A program made the translations under genes and the position numbers. Below are positions 28,003-37,058 of a stretch of 64,000 nt of DNA, in pieces. Each line of letters starts with the position of its first letter. Positions within the stretch are counted from its first letter, which is position 1. The DNA comes from Escherichia phage muut, in sequence record NC_052657.1. One strand, written 5' to 3'. Below the pieces are notes generated by a model. That model saw only the letters and a list, made by a program, of their open reading frames with translations. It was not told the origin of the DNA and ran no database searches.

Positions 28003-28586
28003 TACACATCCTCCATTTGGAACATCTCTTTGTGGTTAGAATAGATCTGTTTGAAAATCTTGTCAAGGCGTTCATATGATTCTTTATGCTCTTGTTTCCA
28101 TCCGTGATTTCGGATTTTATCTGCCAGATCATAAACCTCGCATAAAACTTTGGCAAAGTTGGTATTACCTATAGCACAAGCCTCAAAACCTTGAACTAAA
28201 CCCTCTACATCATACCACGTATAGTCAGAGTCACTAGGAGGATTCCCTGCATCGGCTAAACGTTGCCTCACCCATTCGATACGTTTTTCATTTAAATGGC
28301 ACTTACCTTCTCTACACTCTTGTTCTAATTCTTCTTTAGATTCGTTGAATGGGTGAAGGACAGGAAGTTCTGCTTTTTGCAATTGCTCCAGGTATTCACC
28401 TACAATGCGCATAGCTTCACTGTGTGTACACTTTCTGCCTGTGTGCCAATAACGGAAGATACTTTCTGTTAAACAGATGTTTTTACTAAACATCGCATTG
28501 TCTTTAACATTCGATCTATTAACCCAGTCTAAGTAATATACATAAAACTGCAATAATTCATAACTGCTTGGTATAATTTTACTCAT
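28002..28586 (-). CDS. hypothetical protein, paralog family A (194 aa)
   Basis: AAGGAGAGG RBS; shares LLQFY..W, LHPFN, ERV.WV.DRI with 29496..29864 and 31647..32021. Confidence 0.5.
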   Translation of the reverse strand: MSKIIPSSYELLQFYVYYLDWVNRSNVKDNAMFSKNICLTESIFRYWHTGRKCTHSEAMRIVGEYLEQLQKAELPVLHPFNESKEELEQECREGKCHLNEKRIEWVRQRLADAGNPPSDSDYTWYDVEGLVQGFEACAIGNTNFAKVLCEVYDLADKIRNHGWKQEHKESYERLDKIFKQIYSNHKEMFQMEDV

Positions 28587-28595
28587 AACCTCTCC

Positions 28596-28763
28596 TTAAT
28601 TGTGAAAAATGTTATCAATCAATATGACTAATAATACAAGGATAGAAGGGAGTAGGAACAGAAATCTTAACATTATGTGATGCGTGTGAGAAGCGGCTTT
28701 AGCGCCAGCCGCCAATAAGCCTACTAATCCTACAATAAAGAGCAGTTGTTCAGGGACACCCAT
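28596..28763 (-). CDS. small membrane protein (55 aa)
   Basis: ATG 1 nt after upstream stop; two hydrophobic stretches. Confidence 0.35.
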   Translation of the reverse strand: MGVPEQLLFIVGLVGLLAAGAKAASHTHHIMLRFLFLLPSILVLLVILIDNIFHN

Positions 28764-28764
28764 A

Positions 28765-28989
28765 TTATGGAACACTTGGATACTCCGTAAGTTCGGCTAA
28801 TAGTTGGATATGTGGACACGTGAATTGTTGTCCTGGATAGCGTGAGCTAATATCATCCAGTAAAGCAATCACAGCATTGTGCAATGCTTCGTAATCCTCA
28901 TAATACACCATCTCTCCATTAGGATCTTCAACAATATCACAGTGACAAGCGTGAGCAGTACACGCATCCCATTCCAGACGTTTTACCAT
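28765..28989 (-). CDS. hypothetical protein with CxxC pairs (74 aa)
   Basis: AGGAGGG RBS; paralog of 23358..23621. Confidence 0.5.
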   Translation of the reverse strand: MVKRLEWDACTAHACHCDIVEDPNGEMVYYEDYEALHNAVIALLDDISSRYPGQQFTCPHIQLLAELTEYPSVP

Positions 28990-29035
28990 AAACCCTCCTA
29001 TTTATATATCAAGAAACACAAAAGAATAACATCTA

Positions 29036-29284
29036 TCACCAAACCGTTACTACTCCGGTACGTAGCGTCTCTTCATGTCCCCAAATATCCGCTTCAATTG
29101 TAATTACAACCCACTCCGTGTTCCACTGAATACCAGTGATCTCTGTGAGATGTGCAGCTTCACGTTGTAGTGAGGCTGTGTCTGTAAGAGACGCACGTAA
29201 AGCATCCAATTCTTGTTCAATTTTGGTACGTTCTTCTTCGGTAATCGGTGTACCAACACGATCAAAGGTAAAAATATCTAACAT
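29036..29284 (-). CDS. hypothetical protein (82 aa)
   Basis: AGGAGGG RBS. Confidence 0.5.
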   Translation of the reverse strand: MLDIFTFDRVGTPITEEERTKIEQELDALRASLTDTASLQREAAHLTEITGIQWNTEWVVITIEADIWGHEETLRTGVVTVW

Positions 29285-29293
29285 ACTTCCCTC

Positions 29294-29503
29294 CTAATTA
29301 TAATTCACATAGCGCCCACAATCCTGTTCAAGAAATTTTTCAGCATCCCTTTGGTGCTTTAACACGATGCACTGTTCTTTTTTAGCTTCACTTTCACGAG
29401 CTTCTCTTGCCATATACTCACCTAAACGAATGATACTAGAGAATAACACGTATGCAAGAATAAGACAAACAGTGATTGCACAGAAAGTTTTAAACTTAAC
29501 CAT
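29294..29503 (-). CDS. small membrane-anchored protein (69 aa)
   Basis: ATG with GGAGGA RBS; paralog of 24282..24506. Confidence 0.45.
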   Translation of the reverse strand: MVKFKTFCAITVCLILAYVLFSSIIRLGEYMAREARESEAKKEQCIVLKHQRDAEKFLEQDCGRYVNYN

Positions 29504-29864
29504 TGTATTCCTCCATATCACGAATACGATCAATCACCCATTGTACACGTTCTTTATTAAGGTGTGCAATGCCTAGTTCTGTTTCCGTAAAGTAGTGCGA
29601 GAAATCCGTATTAAACGGATGTAAATGGTTCAAACCCGCTTTCTTAAATTGTTCCTTCATTTCCTCTCGTACAGAGGATTGGAGCTTTGATACATTCTCA
29701 ACATCTTTTATCCAAGCAATATTGTACAAGAAGTCTACAAGACACGTGCAAAGACCATAATGCTTTTTGCTAAAGTTTGTATCTTCTTGTTCTAACCACC
29801 ACTCATAAAATTGTAGCAAATAGGGGCTGCTTTTCATGCTACACACTTTACTATTCTCTTGCAT
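29496..29864 (-). CDS. hypothetical protein, paralog family A (122 aa)
   Basis: AAGGAGAAG RBS. Confidence 0.5.
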   Translation of the reverse strand: MQENSKVCSMKSSPYLLQFYEWWLEQEDTNFSKKHYGLCTCLVDFLYNIAWIKDVENVSKLQSSVREEMKEQFKKAGLNHLHPFNTDFSHYFTETELGIAHLNKERVQWVIDRIRDMEEYNG

Positions 29865-29873
29865 GACTTCTCC

Positions 29874-30173
29874 TTAATACCAGTCTACGATCACTGAATC
29901 TACAAAGCCCTCTTTGGTGTTTAAAGCATACACCTTACTAAGCCCATGCTCTCGTAGTGCTTCCATAGCAAGATCAATCAAATCAACTTGTCGTTTCTTT
30001 GCTTGTTCATTTTTTGGATAGTCATCCAAACCGAAAACAGATGGTTTAAATGCTTTGGAGTATTTGCCAGTCTTAGCCTGATCATAACAGTCCTGAATAA
30101 TTTCCTCAATAGGAAACCATAAACCTTCTCCACTTTGCTTTGCAATACAGCGCAGTTTTTCTGTAATAGTCAT
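29874..30173 (-). CDS. hypothetical protein (99 aa)
   Basis: AAAGGAGAGG RBS. Confidence 0.5.
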   Translation of the reverse strand: MTITEKLRCIAKQSGEGLWFPIEEIIQDCYDQAKTGKYSKAFKPSVFGLDDYPKNEQAKKRQVDLIDLAMEALREHGLSKVYALNTKEGFVDSVIVDWY

Positions 30174-30382
30174 TCTTCCTCTCCTTTCAATTTACACTCA
30201 AAGATACCATTCTTAATGTTATCTGTCAAATAAAGGCTATCTTCTATCTCTTCTTTTGTATACACATAAGCCTCCTTTTCCACGTCTGTCAGACCTTGCA
30301 TCGGAGCTAGTAGCCACCAACCCCGCCAGTCAAACATAGGAGACTTATCAGATACACGAAGAATGTATCTGTCATTACACAT
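30170..30382 (-). CDS. hypothetical protein (70 aa)
   Basis: ORF, weak RBS. Confidence 0.4.
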   Translation of the reverse strand: MCNDRYILRVSDKSPMFDWRGWWLLAPMQGLTDVEKEAYVYTKEEIEDSLYLTDNIKNGIFECKLKGEEE

Positions 30383-30385
30383 ATA

Positions 30386-30838
30386 TTATACGATGTTCAC
30401 ACTAATATCTGCAACACCAACAAGAGAATAGACTTCAACTACACTCTGTGTACGATCCAGCTTGTAACGTTTCGCCTCTTTTTCAACTTCCTCACGGGAG
30501 ATGGTTTCCATGATCGGAACTCCATCAACTACAAGCAGGTATTTTTCTTCGTGTTTACTTTTTGGTGCTTCCTCTAAGACTTCTACAAAATACTCAAACT
30601 CACTTTTTACGAGCAACGTGTAACACTGAAGAAAGTCTCCTTCATTTTGAGCGATAATTTCTTGTTCTCCTGCTAAGGATTGCAAAGCAGTGACACCATA
30701 CCAATCATCCACATCTAATACACGAAAATAGGAATCACCTAAAAAAGAAGCAATCCTGCTATTGCACTCAGACATATTAGCAAACTTACGGATATAAGAT
30801 GGGTTTTTAAAACGATACACTTTACCAATTTCAAACAT
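30386..30838 (-). CDS. hypothetical protein (150 aa)
   Basis: AAGGAG RBS. Confidence 0.5.
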   Translation of the reverse strand: MFEIGKVYRFKNPSYIRKFANMSECNSRIASFLGDSYFRVLDVDDWYGVTALQSLAGEQEIIAQNEGDFLQCYTLLVKSEFEYFVEVLEEAPKSKHEEKYLLVVDGVPIMETISREEVEKEAKRYKLDRTQSVVEVYSLVGVADISVNIV

Positions 30839-31041
30839 TACACAACTCCTTATTGTTCAAGAGTAAAAGGAATGATTTCACCATAGCTGTATTGCATGGC
30901 ATTCACTTCTGCTTCTGCACGTTGTGCTAGTTCTAATGTTGCACAGATTTTATAAGGTACAGTGCTGCATTGGCTCCAGCCTGGGGGTATTCTTTGTTAC
31001 TAAGTACACAGTAGTTTGTTTATCCATCTTCTTTTCCTCTT

Positions 31042-31257
31042 TTAAACAGTATATTCGTGTGGAAGGAAAACATAGTCTTCTCCTTCAACAACATCAACTA
31101 CTTCCCACTTCCAGCCAGGTACTTGGCTCATTGTCTTGAATGACACATAAGCAACTCCGCTGTAAGCGATATCGGCATCTAACATAAGAGGGAAAGCAAC
31201 GTGTGTCAACCCCAGATAACCACAATTATTTTCAATACACACCTGAATGCTTTTCAT
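31042..31257 (-). CDS. hypothetical protein (71 aa)
   Basis: ATG with GGAG RBS 1 nt after upstream stop. Confidence 0.45.
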   Translation of the reverse strand: MKSIQVCIENNCGYLGLTHVAFPLMLDADIAYSGVAYVSFKTMSQVPGWKWEVVDVVEGEDYVFLPHEYTV

Positions 31258-31258
31258 G

Positions 31259-31576
31259 TTATGCTCCATTAAAGACGGGGCGCGTAGCGTTACGTTCATC
31301 ATCAACTGTAATAAGGTTTTTCATAACCATAACACCCTGAATATAGCCTAGCCAACGATGGCGTTTGGTTTCAGACATACCATTACACCCATCCTGAATT
31401 TCATTCAACATCCACAGTAAGTGGGAAACACCTGTTTCACTAGTATCTGGATCTTCTACAGAACTAAGCATAGTTTCATAGCGTTCACAAATTTCTGGGT
31501 AGAATTCATAGTCCTGTTGTACATCTCGCATTTCTCGAATGGAGTGAGGATCAATATACAAAGCTAAGGTTCTCAT
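31259..31576 (-). CDS. hypothetical protein (105 aa)
   Basis: GAGAGG RBS. Confidence 0.5.
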   Translation of the reverse strand: MRTLALYIDPHSIREMRDVQQDYEFYPEICERYETMLSSVEDPDTSETGVSHLLWMLNEIQDGCNGMSETKRHRWLGYIQGVMVMKNLITVDDERNATRPVFNGA

Positions 31577-31646
31577 TTACACCTCTCATTAGTAGTTTGT
31601 TATGCGCGATATTGCATATCTTATGGAACACAGTGTACAGACATTT

Positions 31647-32021
31647 CTATTCAATGCAAGCATTATTTGCATCTTCGATTCTGTCTTTCACCCATTGAAG
31701 ACGTAACGTGTTGGTATGACACGCCAAGTCTATACACTCTGAAAGGTAATCCATGCAATCTACATTGAACGGAAGATTGTAGTCCAGTCCTGCACATGTA
31801 AATTGTTTCCTCATTTCGTATTTCAAACTATCCAACAAACGATCACGCCATCTTTTATCTTCTTCTCTAGTTGTCTCACCAACAAAATCATCTACATAAT
31901 CTACCAGACAACCACATAAGCCACTCGTTGTGCGATTCATTGCAGGATAGTTGGCAATCCATGCTTTATAGAAGCGAAGCAATGTTGCACTACTCAACGG
32001 AACATTTTTACTCTCTTGCAT
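31647..32021 (-). CDS. hypothetical protein, paralog family A (124 aa)
   Basis: GAGAGGAG RBS. Confidence 0.5.
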   Translation of the reverse strand: MQESKNVPLSSATLLRFYKAWIANYPAMNRTTSGLCGCLVDYVDDFVGETTREEDKRWRDRLLDSLKYEMRKQFTCAGLDYNLPFNVDCMDYLSECIDLACHTNTLRLQWVKDRIEDANNACIE

Positions 32022-32369
32022 GATAATCTCCTCTCATCGTTAGTCATCTTTCATGGCAATCATCAATCACCAACATCATACGATCAATCTTAGGGAATTA
32101 CAATCGAATTATCATAGGGGATTCCTATCAATTATTCTATATATACCTATTATTTTTAACACACCCCTTTGTACATAATATAGACAAATAAATATCTATG
32201 CCACAAAAATTTTCTGGTATACCCGATTTATTTCGACACACCCCCTTTTCATAAGCGTAAAGTCAATAATATCAATAACTTGCCGCAAAATACTGCTCGC
32301 TTGCGAGAGGTGCTTAACGCGATTTTCAGCGCCCCGCGATTTTTCCCGACCGTCCCCCTCAAATATCAA

Positions 32370-32400
32370 TGAGAATAATTATCATTTGCATTATCATTCA
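32370..32400. repeat. Fur-box-like palindrome
   Basis: GAGAATAATTATCATTTGC, 14/19 to GATAATGATAATCATTATC. Confidence 0.35.
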
Positions 32401-32554
32401 ATGACTTATAAGACTTTTGATTATTTTCTGAGCAAGAAAGGTACTACTCACAACAAAACAGATAAATTCTAAGTAAATCAATGGCTTGGCAAGTCTAAAC
32501 ATCTATATACACCTTGCCAAATGAAATGATCTGGCGTGAAATAGTGCTACCCGT

Positions 32555-32580
32555 GGAAGATAGCTGATAATGATTATCAT
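32555..32580. repeat. Fur-box-like palindrome
   Basis: GATAATGATTATCATTTGC, 16/19 to Fur consensus. Confidence 0.45.
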
Positions 32581-33107
32581 TTGCATATTTTCTATACTAT
32601 AAAACGCACTAAAAATCAAGATAATTCTGATTTATTGCGCTTTTAAGAAAGTAGGCTCAACAAATAGGCTATAACTATGCTCAACAAATAACAATAATAG
32701 TATGAAAAATCATTTATTCAGATATAAATAATTTTGCGCAATAGTAGTAATATTTTTCTTGACAAGAAAGATTTCTTTGTGTTCACATAGCGCCCCCTGG
32801 AAGGTGGCGCATTATGATCATCAATGTCATTATTCACCATGTTTATTATTGCATAGCTTATTATTTAGCTTATATTATAGCCAATGTTCTAAACACTAGC
32901 TAATAATAACGCACCGCAACAATGTAAGGGATACAATATACCATGTATATTGTTGCGCTTGCAATTGTTGCAAGCTACATAAGCACAAATAATAACTATC
33001 GGTGATGGTTATTATGTGGGGTGTGTAGTTGCGTTATTATTAGCCGCCTATGTGTCCGGCATAGGCTGCTAATGATACGCTTGCGAATTATATTTCTTGT
33101 TATAGTT

Positions 33108-33175
33108 ATTGTATGAAATGATTACCACATGAAATGGTTACTGTATGCAATGATTACTGTATGAAATGATTAGTT
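33108..33175. repeat. four tandem ~16-bp direct repeats (iteron-like)
   Basis: GTATGAAATGATTAC / CATGAAATGGTTAC / GTATGCAATGATTAC / GTATGAAATGATTAG. Confidence 0.55.
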
Positions 33176-33189
33176 AGGTAATAAATAGG

Positions 33190-33470
33190 AAGGTAAAGGT
33201 TAGATCATAAATAGATAGGATATGAATTATTTAGTAATGTTACTAACGATTTAATAGTTACTTTGTGCAATAATTCGATAGATTATAGTTATAGTTTTAA
33301 AGGTTAGATAGATTATATTTAGCTTAGTAATGATTTATATTAGTTATTGTTGTTTAATATAAGGTTATCAATGAGATAGTAACAGTAAGTTATAAATAAA
33401 GGTTAGATAATTAGTTTTAATTTAGTTAGATAACTTATTATTTTATAGGTTAGATGGTCATAAGTTAAGA
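33190..33470. repeat. dispersed AAAGGTTAGAT repeats (4-5 copies)
   Basis: Copies near 33196, 33297, 33408, 33434, 33446 in AT-rich context. Confidence 0.45.
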
Positions 33471-33545
33471 ATGATTATCATTATTGCATTATGCAGCTTA
33501 TTGCATAAATAATCAGCTATAAATAAGAATGATTATCATTTAAGA
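33465..33545. repeat. two Fur-box-like palindromes
   Basis: AGAATGATTATCATTATTG and AAATAAGAATGATTATCAT; second is near-identical to 43383-43405. Confidence 0.45.
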
Positions 33546-33733
33546 GGAAAGACAAGAAAAAGGCTGTTTTTGCCAGATAGTTGCATGAAGAAATTAAAAA
33601 TAAGCGGTCTAAAACACGTTGTAAGCGCCTTATGATCTTCATGGTATGGTTGTTCATCTGCTCCTTGATTAGCTCGATACCGCGATCTATTCACTTTTTT
33701 CGGTGAACGTTTTTGATAGGTAAAAGCTATCAT
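33536..33733 (-). CDS. hypothetical basic protein (65 aa), doubtful
   Basis: ORF at edge of non-coding region, poor RBS. Confidence 0.25.
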   Translation of the reverse strand: MIAFTYQKRSPKKVNRSRYRANQGADEQPYHEDHKALTTCFRPLIFNFFMQLSGKNSLFLVFPLK

Positions 33734-33744
33734 CTTTATTTAGG

Positions 33745-33771
33745 TAAAAAGAAAGGGCGCAATAAGCGCCC
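33745..33771 (-). terminator. rho-independent terminator
   Basis: GGGCGC-TTATT-GCGCCC then TTTCTTTTT on minus strand. Confidence 0.55.
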
Positions 33772-33787
33772 TTGTTTGAAATGTTAT

Positions 33788-34171
33788 TTACTGATAAGCA
33801 GGATCGTTTGTTATATCAATCCAATGAGCTAAATTAATTTTATTTTTTGCTTTCATTTTCTCGATCAAACGTTCGGCTAATGTCTCGGAACGAATATAAA
33901 CATAATCGCTAAAATCTTGCCCCGTTTCTTCGTCGATCATTTCCCTATATTCAACCTTGCCGATAAACGCATGATTCAGCGCATAAGTTTTACCCGTGTA
34001 CCAGTTGTGTAAATGAATCTCGCATTTATAATCGTCGCTATAACCTTCGGTTGTTCTAACTTCAACCAAGTCACCTTTAAACACTGATAAGCACCACATA
34101 GGATCATGATCTACAGCGCCGTTAAAATCTTTACCGTTTACAGTCGCTGCCAGGTTGATGATATTGCTCAT
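33788..34171 (-). CDS. hypothetical protein (127 aa)
   Basis: AGGAatcacc RBS. Confidence 0.5.
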   Translation of the reverse strand: MSNIINLAATVNGKDFNGAVDHDPMWCLSVFKGDLVEVRTTEGYSDDYKCEIHLHNWYTGKTYALNHAFIGKVEYREMIDEETGQDFSDYVYIRSETLAERLIEKMKAKNKINLAHWIDITNDPAYQ

Positions 34172-34246
34172 GGTGATTCCTCGTTTACCGTTTAAAATTG
34201 TTTGCCCTACACGATAACTATAAATTAACAGAGGCTATAAAGCAAG

Positions 34247-34477
34247 TTATTTTTCATAGAATTTTTCTACTGTGATATTCTTCCCAGTGGGATTAGCTAC
34301 TTTCAAAATTTTATCATGTACTGGACGCCCAAAAGAATAAGATCCGTATACAGTAAACCAATAATCGCCGTCAGGCTGTACTATTACCGCCGCATATGGT
34401 ACGCCTTTTTCGTTATTGCTGACAGAATAGATCACATTGCCGTTCAGAGCCACAGCGCGTTTAATTTGTTCGATCAT
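34247..34477 (-). CDS. hypothetical protein (76 aa)
   Basis: ATG with AGGA RBS downstream of hairpin; ORF-track N-terminus translates the hairpin (GGKWFPA). Confidence 0.5.
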   Translation of the reverse strand: MIEQIKRAVALNGNVIYSVSNNEKGVPYAAVIVQPDGDYWFTVYGSYSFGRPVHDKILKVANPTGKNITVEKFYEK

Positions 34478-34496
34478 GATATGATTCCTATATTGA

Positions 34497-34555
34497 GCGG
34501 GAAACCACTTCCCGCCTACGTGATACATCTTAGTATAAGGGCGATCCGGTGTCAA
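34497..34555 (-). promoter_or_regulatory. promoter plus stem-loop cassette
   Basis: TTGACA-17-TAAGAT then GCGGGAAACCACTTCCCGC hairpin. Confidence 0.55.
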
Positions 34556-34904
34556 TAGGTGAGATTGTAAAGATTTGATAGTTTATTTCTTTAATGTTTT
34601 GTTGTTTGATAGGTGGAAGCTATCAATATATAATAAGATCGTCCGGTGATTATCTTCCCCTGCTCCCAGGTGCCGCCCGTTCCATAATAATAATCAAAAG
34701 CAGGATAAAAGGCAAGATAAAAAGCAAATTATTTCCTATGTGCTTTAAACGCTCTAAATAGTTTTATAACAGCTTTTTCATCCTGGCAAGGTGATTAGTC
34801 ATTGTTACCTTGTTTAAGCGGTTATAATCGGTTTTAGGCTGTTTTACGCCACCTTTTACGTTTATTCTTTACGTGTTACTTCCATCGTGAAAAAAGAATA
34901 CAAA

Positions 34905-34934
34905 AAAGGGCGCTTAGTGCGCCCCTTTCTTTTA
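34905..34934. terminator. rho-independent terminator (bidirectional)
   Basis: GGGCGC-TTAGT-GCGCCC flanked by A-run and T-run. Confidence 0.5.
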
Positions 34935-34941
34935 CCGTGTA

Positions 34942-35331
34942 TTAATATTCGTTATAATACATTGCTAACTTTTCATCAAAAGCCGATTGACGATCTGCAT
35001 ACTCCCAAAACATTTCCTGATCCTGTTGTTCGTCATCGTCCATCATATTAAATTGCGCAACCTCCTGGTAAGTGATCGCCATATTATAACGATAGGTGAT
35101 CTCTTCTGCGATGTTTTCCGGTAAAGATGATTCTACACTGTCTAACAGCATATTTAACATCATTTCAGCCGCTTTTTCATCATTATCAAAGCAGTAAGCA
35201 GACCATGCCGCATGATGTTTATTTTTCATCTTTGCAATCAAGCCGTTGACTAAAAAAGGCGCTACGTTGTTAACGATACCCTGTAAAGATTGAAATTTTT
35301 CAACGTTAGAAACAGAAACCAGGTTGCGCAT
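34942..35331 (-). CDS. hypothetical acidic protein (129 aa)
   Basis: ATG downstream of hairpin; ORF-track start lies in hairpin loop. Confidence 0.5.
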   Translation of the reverse strand: MRNLVSVSNVEKFQSLQGIVNNVAPFLVNGLIAKMKNKHHAAWSAYCFDNDEKAAEMMLNMLLDSVESSLPENIAEEITYRYNMAITYQEVAQFNMMDDDEQQDQEMFWEYADRQSAFDEKLAMYYNEY

Positions 35332-35354
35332 AGTATTTACCTTTTTGATTACCT

Positions 35355-35413
35355 GGCGGGAAACCATTTCCCGCCTACGTGGTAAATAGTACCATATTGG
35401 GGATCGGTGTCAA
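35355..35413 (-). promoter_or_regulatory. promoter plus stem-loop cassette
   Basis: TTGACA-16-TACTAT then GGCGGGAAATGGTTTCCCGCC. Confidence 0.55.
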
Positions 35414-35419
35414 TACTTT

Positions 35420-35806
35420 TTATTCAATATAAATCAAATTATCTTCACCAATGTAAGCATGCACCGATGGCATTAATTTAGCTGCATTTGTTAGGCGGTT
35501 GGCGGTGTTAGTAGTGTATATTTCAGGGCGATCCCAAAAGCCTACGCCGTGACCGTTACGGGTGAAATGTAAGTCATTCCCGATCTGGTTTGCTGTTGCG
35601 CCGTCGCTCATTGCCTCAGAGATAGCAGCATCATTGGCATCACAATAAGCCGCTACGTCATGAATGATCCGCTGATGGGCTTGATCTGAAAAATCATAAT
35701 CGTCTAAGTTATCAATAAAATTACCTTCATGATCCCTAGCTGATTCAGCAAAAATAAAGGCTTCTTTATAACCGTTGATGATTTCAATAATGATTTCTGT
35801 TTTCAT
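35420..35806 (-). CDS. hypothetical protein (128 aa)
   Basis: ATGA overlap with upstream gene. Confidence 0.5.
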   Translation of the reverse strand: MKTEIIIEIINGYKEAFIFAESARDHEGNFIDNLDDYDFSDQAHQRIIHDVAAYCDANDAAISEAMSDGATANQIGNDLHFTRNGHGVGFWDRPEIYTTNTANRLTNAAKLMPSVHAYIGEDNLIYIE

Positions 35807-36018
35807 GCTGTACGCTCGACAATAATAATGGTTTGCGGTATCTCGTTTTCTACTACTAACAAGGCTTTTTTCTGTGTGATAGATATTTTAACACGTTGTA
35901 AAGTAGCGGTAAAATCTTTCATTTCATTATGCGCGGATTTAGTGCAATGCCAGATCTCAGGCTTACCTATTTGCAAGCCGCGTAAAAATTCTGTTTTACC
36001 TGTCTTATTCGTGATCAT
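35803..36018 (-). CDS. hypothetical protein (71 aa)
   Basis: ATG with AAGGTG RBS. Confidence 0.45.
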   Translation of the reverse strand: MITNKTGKTEFLRGLQIGKPEIWHCTKSAHNEMKDFTATLQRVKISITQKKALLVVENEIPQTIIIVERTA

Positions 36019-36028
36019 TTGATTCACC

Positions 36029-36133
36029 TTATCCAATACCGTGGGAAGATAGGATCATGTTAGCCATAGTTGCAACCAATCCAACCGACAACGCCAGGCC
36101 AACTATTACAACCGTGAAAATTTTCTCTAACAT
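36029..36133 (-). CDS. small hydrophobic peptide (34 aa)
   Basis: GAGGG RBS; own promoter/hairpin upstream; single TM-like segment. Confidence 0.4.
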   Translation of the reverse strand: MLEKIFTVVIVGLALSVGLVATMANMILSSHGIG

Positions 36134-36151
36134 GATTCTACCCTCATTAAT

Positions 36152-36213
36152 GGGCGTTGCCTTATTGCCCCGCCCTATGTCGTACACTTTACCAGATAAC
36201 CGCGTATTGTCAA
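36152..36213 (-). promoter_or_regulatory. promoter plus stem-loop cassette
   Basis: TTGACA-16-TAAAGT then GGGCG...CGCCC hairpin. Confidence 0.5.
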
Positions 36214-36214
36214 A

Positions 36215-36409
36215 CTATTTTTTATAAGGGATCAGTAAACTTCTTGCTACCGCTTCACGTAAACCTTCCCTTTTTATCAGGTCTATTGTTGCAGGGTGGC
36301 AAGTAAAAGCCTTTGACCATTTTTGATCACCTGGTTTACGGGCGAAAATGTAAACTTCTCCGTCGATTTCATCCCAACGAGTATTGCTTGTTAGTTTTTT
36401 AAGCGCCAT
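36215..36409 (-). CDS. hypothetical protein (64 aa)
   Basis: ATG downstream of hairpin. Confidence 0.5.
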   Translation of the reverse strand: MALKKLTSNTRWDEIDGEVYIFARKPGDQKWSKAFTCHPATIDLIKREGLREAVARSLLIPYKK

Positions 36410-36432
36410 GCTGATTTCTCTTTTAGTTGTGA

Positions 36433-36488
36433 GCGGCACTATTGCCGCCCTACGAAATACATTCTACCCGATTTATAATTGTTGTCAA
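36433..36488 (-). promoter_or_regulatory. promoter plus stem-loop cassette
   Basis: TTGACA-16-TAGAAT then GCGGCA-ATAG-TGCCGC hairpin. Confidence 0.55.
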
Positions 36489-36489
36489 A

Positions 36490-36759
36490 CTATTTTTTCA
36501 AGCTCGACCAGTCAAAACACGGGGCGATCTCGTTAAAACTTGTACCCTGTAAAGCACATAATTTTTTAGCAATAGCCGCCGTAACCTGGCGTTGTACGCG
36601 CGGATCTGCTACTGATTGGAGAAAATAGGCGGTTTTATATGTGATCATGCTTTCGCCTGTTTCCTTGTTAACGTGGTGCACGGTTTTAGCCTTATCATCT
36701 TTTACCAGGGTGTAACCGGATTCGATGGCCTTGATTGCAACGTCCAAAGATATTTTCAT
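36490..36759 (-). CDS. hypothetical protein (89 aa)
   Basis: AAGAGG RBS. Confidence 0.5.
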   Translation of the reverse strand: MKISLDVAIKAIESGYTLVKDDKAKTVHHVNKETGESMITYKTAYFLQSVADPRVQRQVTAAIAKKLCALQGTSFNEIAPCFDWSSLKK

Positions 36760-36778
36760 GATTTACCTCTTTATTGAC

Positions 36779-36799
36779 GGCGGGGAATACTCCCCCGCC
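36779..36799 (-). promoter_or_regulatory. intercistronic stem-loop (no promoter)
   Basis: GGCGGGGGAGTATTCCCCGCC between upstream stop and RBS. Confidence 0.45.
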
Positions 36800-36806
36800 T
36801 TATTAA

Positions 36807-36977
36807 TTACTCTTCATCGTCGCCGTTATAGTATTCAATGCCGTTTTCATCGGTTACGGTGATGTTAACGCCACCAATAGCAACACGATCACGGGCAAAC
36901 GTCATGGCTTCATTTAAATCTTCAGACCAAAAAATATTGTGACCTTTGCGCGATACATAAAACATAGTTGGGATCAT
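36807..36977 (-). CDS. hypothetical protein (56 aa)
   Basis: ATG downstream of hairpin. Confidence 0.45.
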   Translation of the reverse strand: MIPTMFYVSRKGHNIFWSEDLNEAMTFARDRVAIGGVNITVTDENGIEYYNGDDEE

Positions 36978-37000
36978 GATTTGTTTCTCTTCTGTTATGA

Positions 37001-37057
37001 GCGGCACTATTGCCGCCCTATGTGATAAACTTTACTACGTTGTTTGCCTAGTGTCAA
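37001..37057 (-). promoter_or_regulatory. promoter plus stem-loop cassette
   Basis: TTGACA-17-TAAAGT then GCGGCA-ATAG-TGCCGC. Confidence 0.55.
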
Positions 37058-37058
37058 A

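Larger units (their letters stand above)
32022..33535. other. 1.5 kb AT-rich ORF-free region (candidate replication origin or regulatory hub)
   Basis: No ORF of 60 aa or more on either strand; iterons, dispersed repeats and palindromes (see repeat features). Confidence 0.5.

Noticed and set aside
32022-33535. CRISPR array in the repeat-rich non-coding region
   Set aside because: Repeats are iteron-like (four tandem 16-mers without spacers) or irregularly dispersed; no regular repeat-spacer periodicity.
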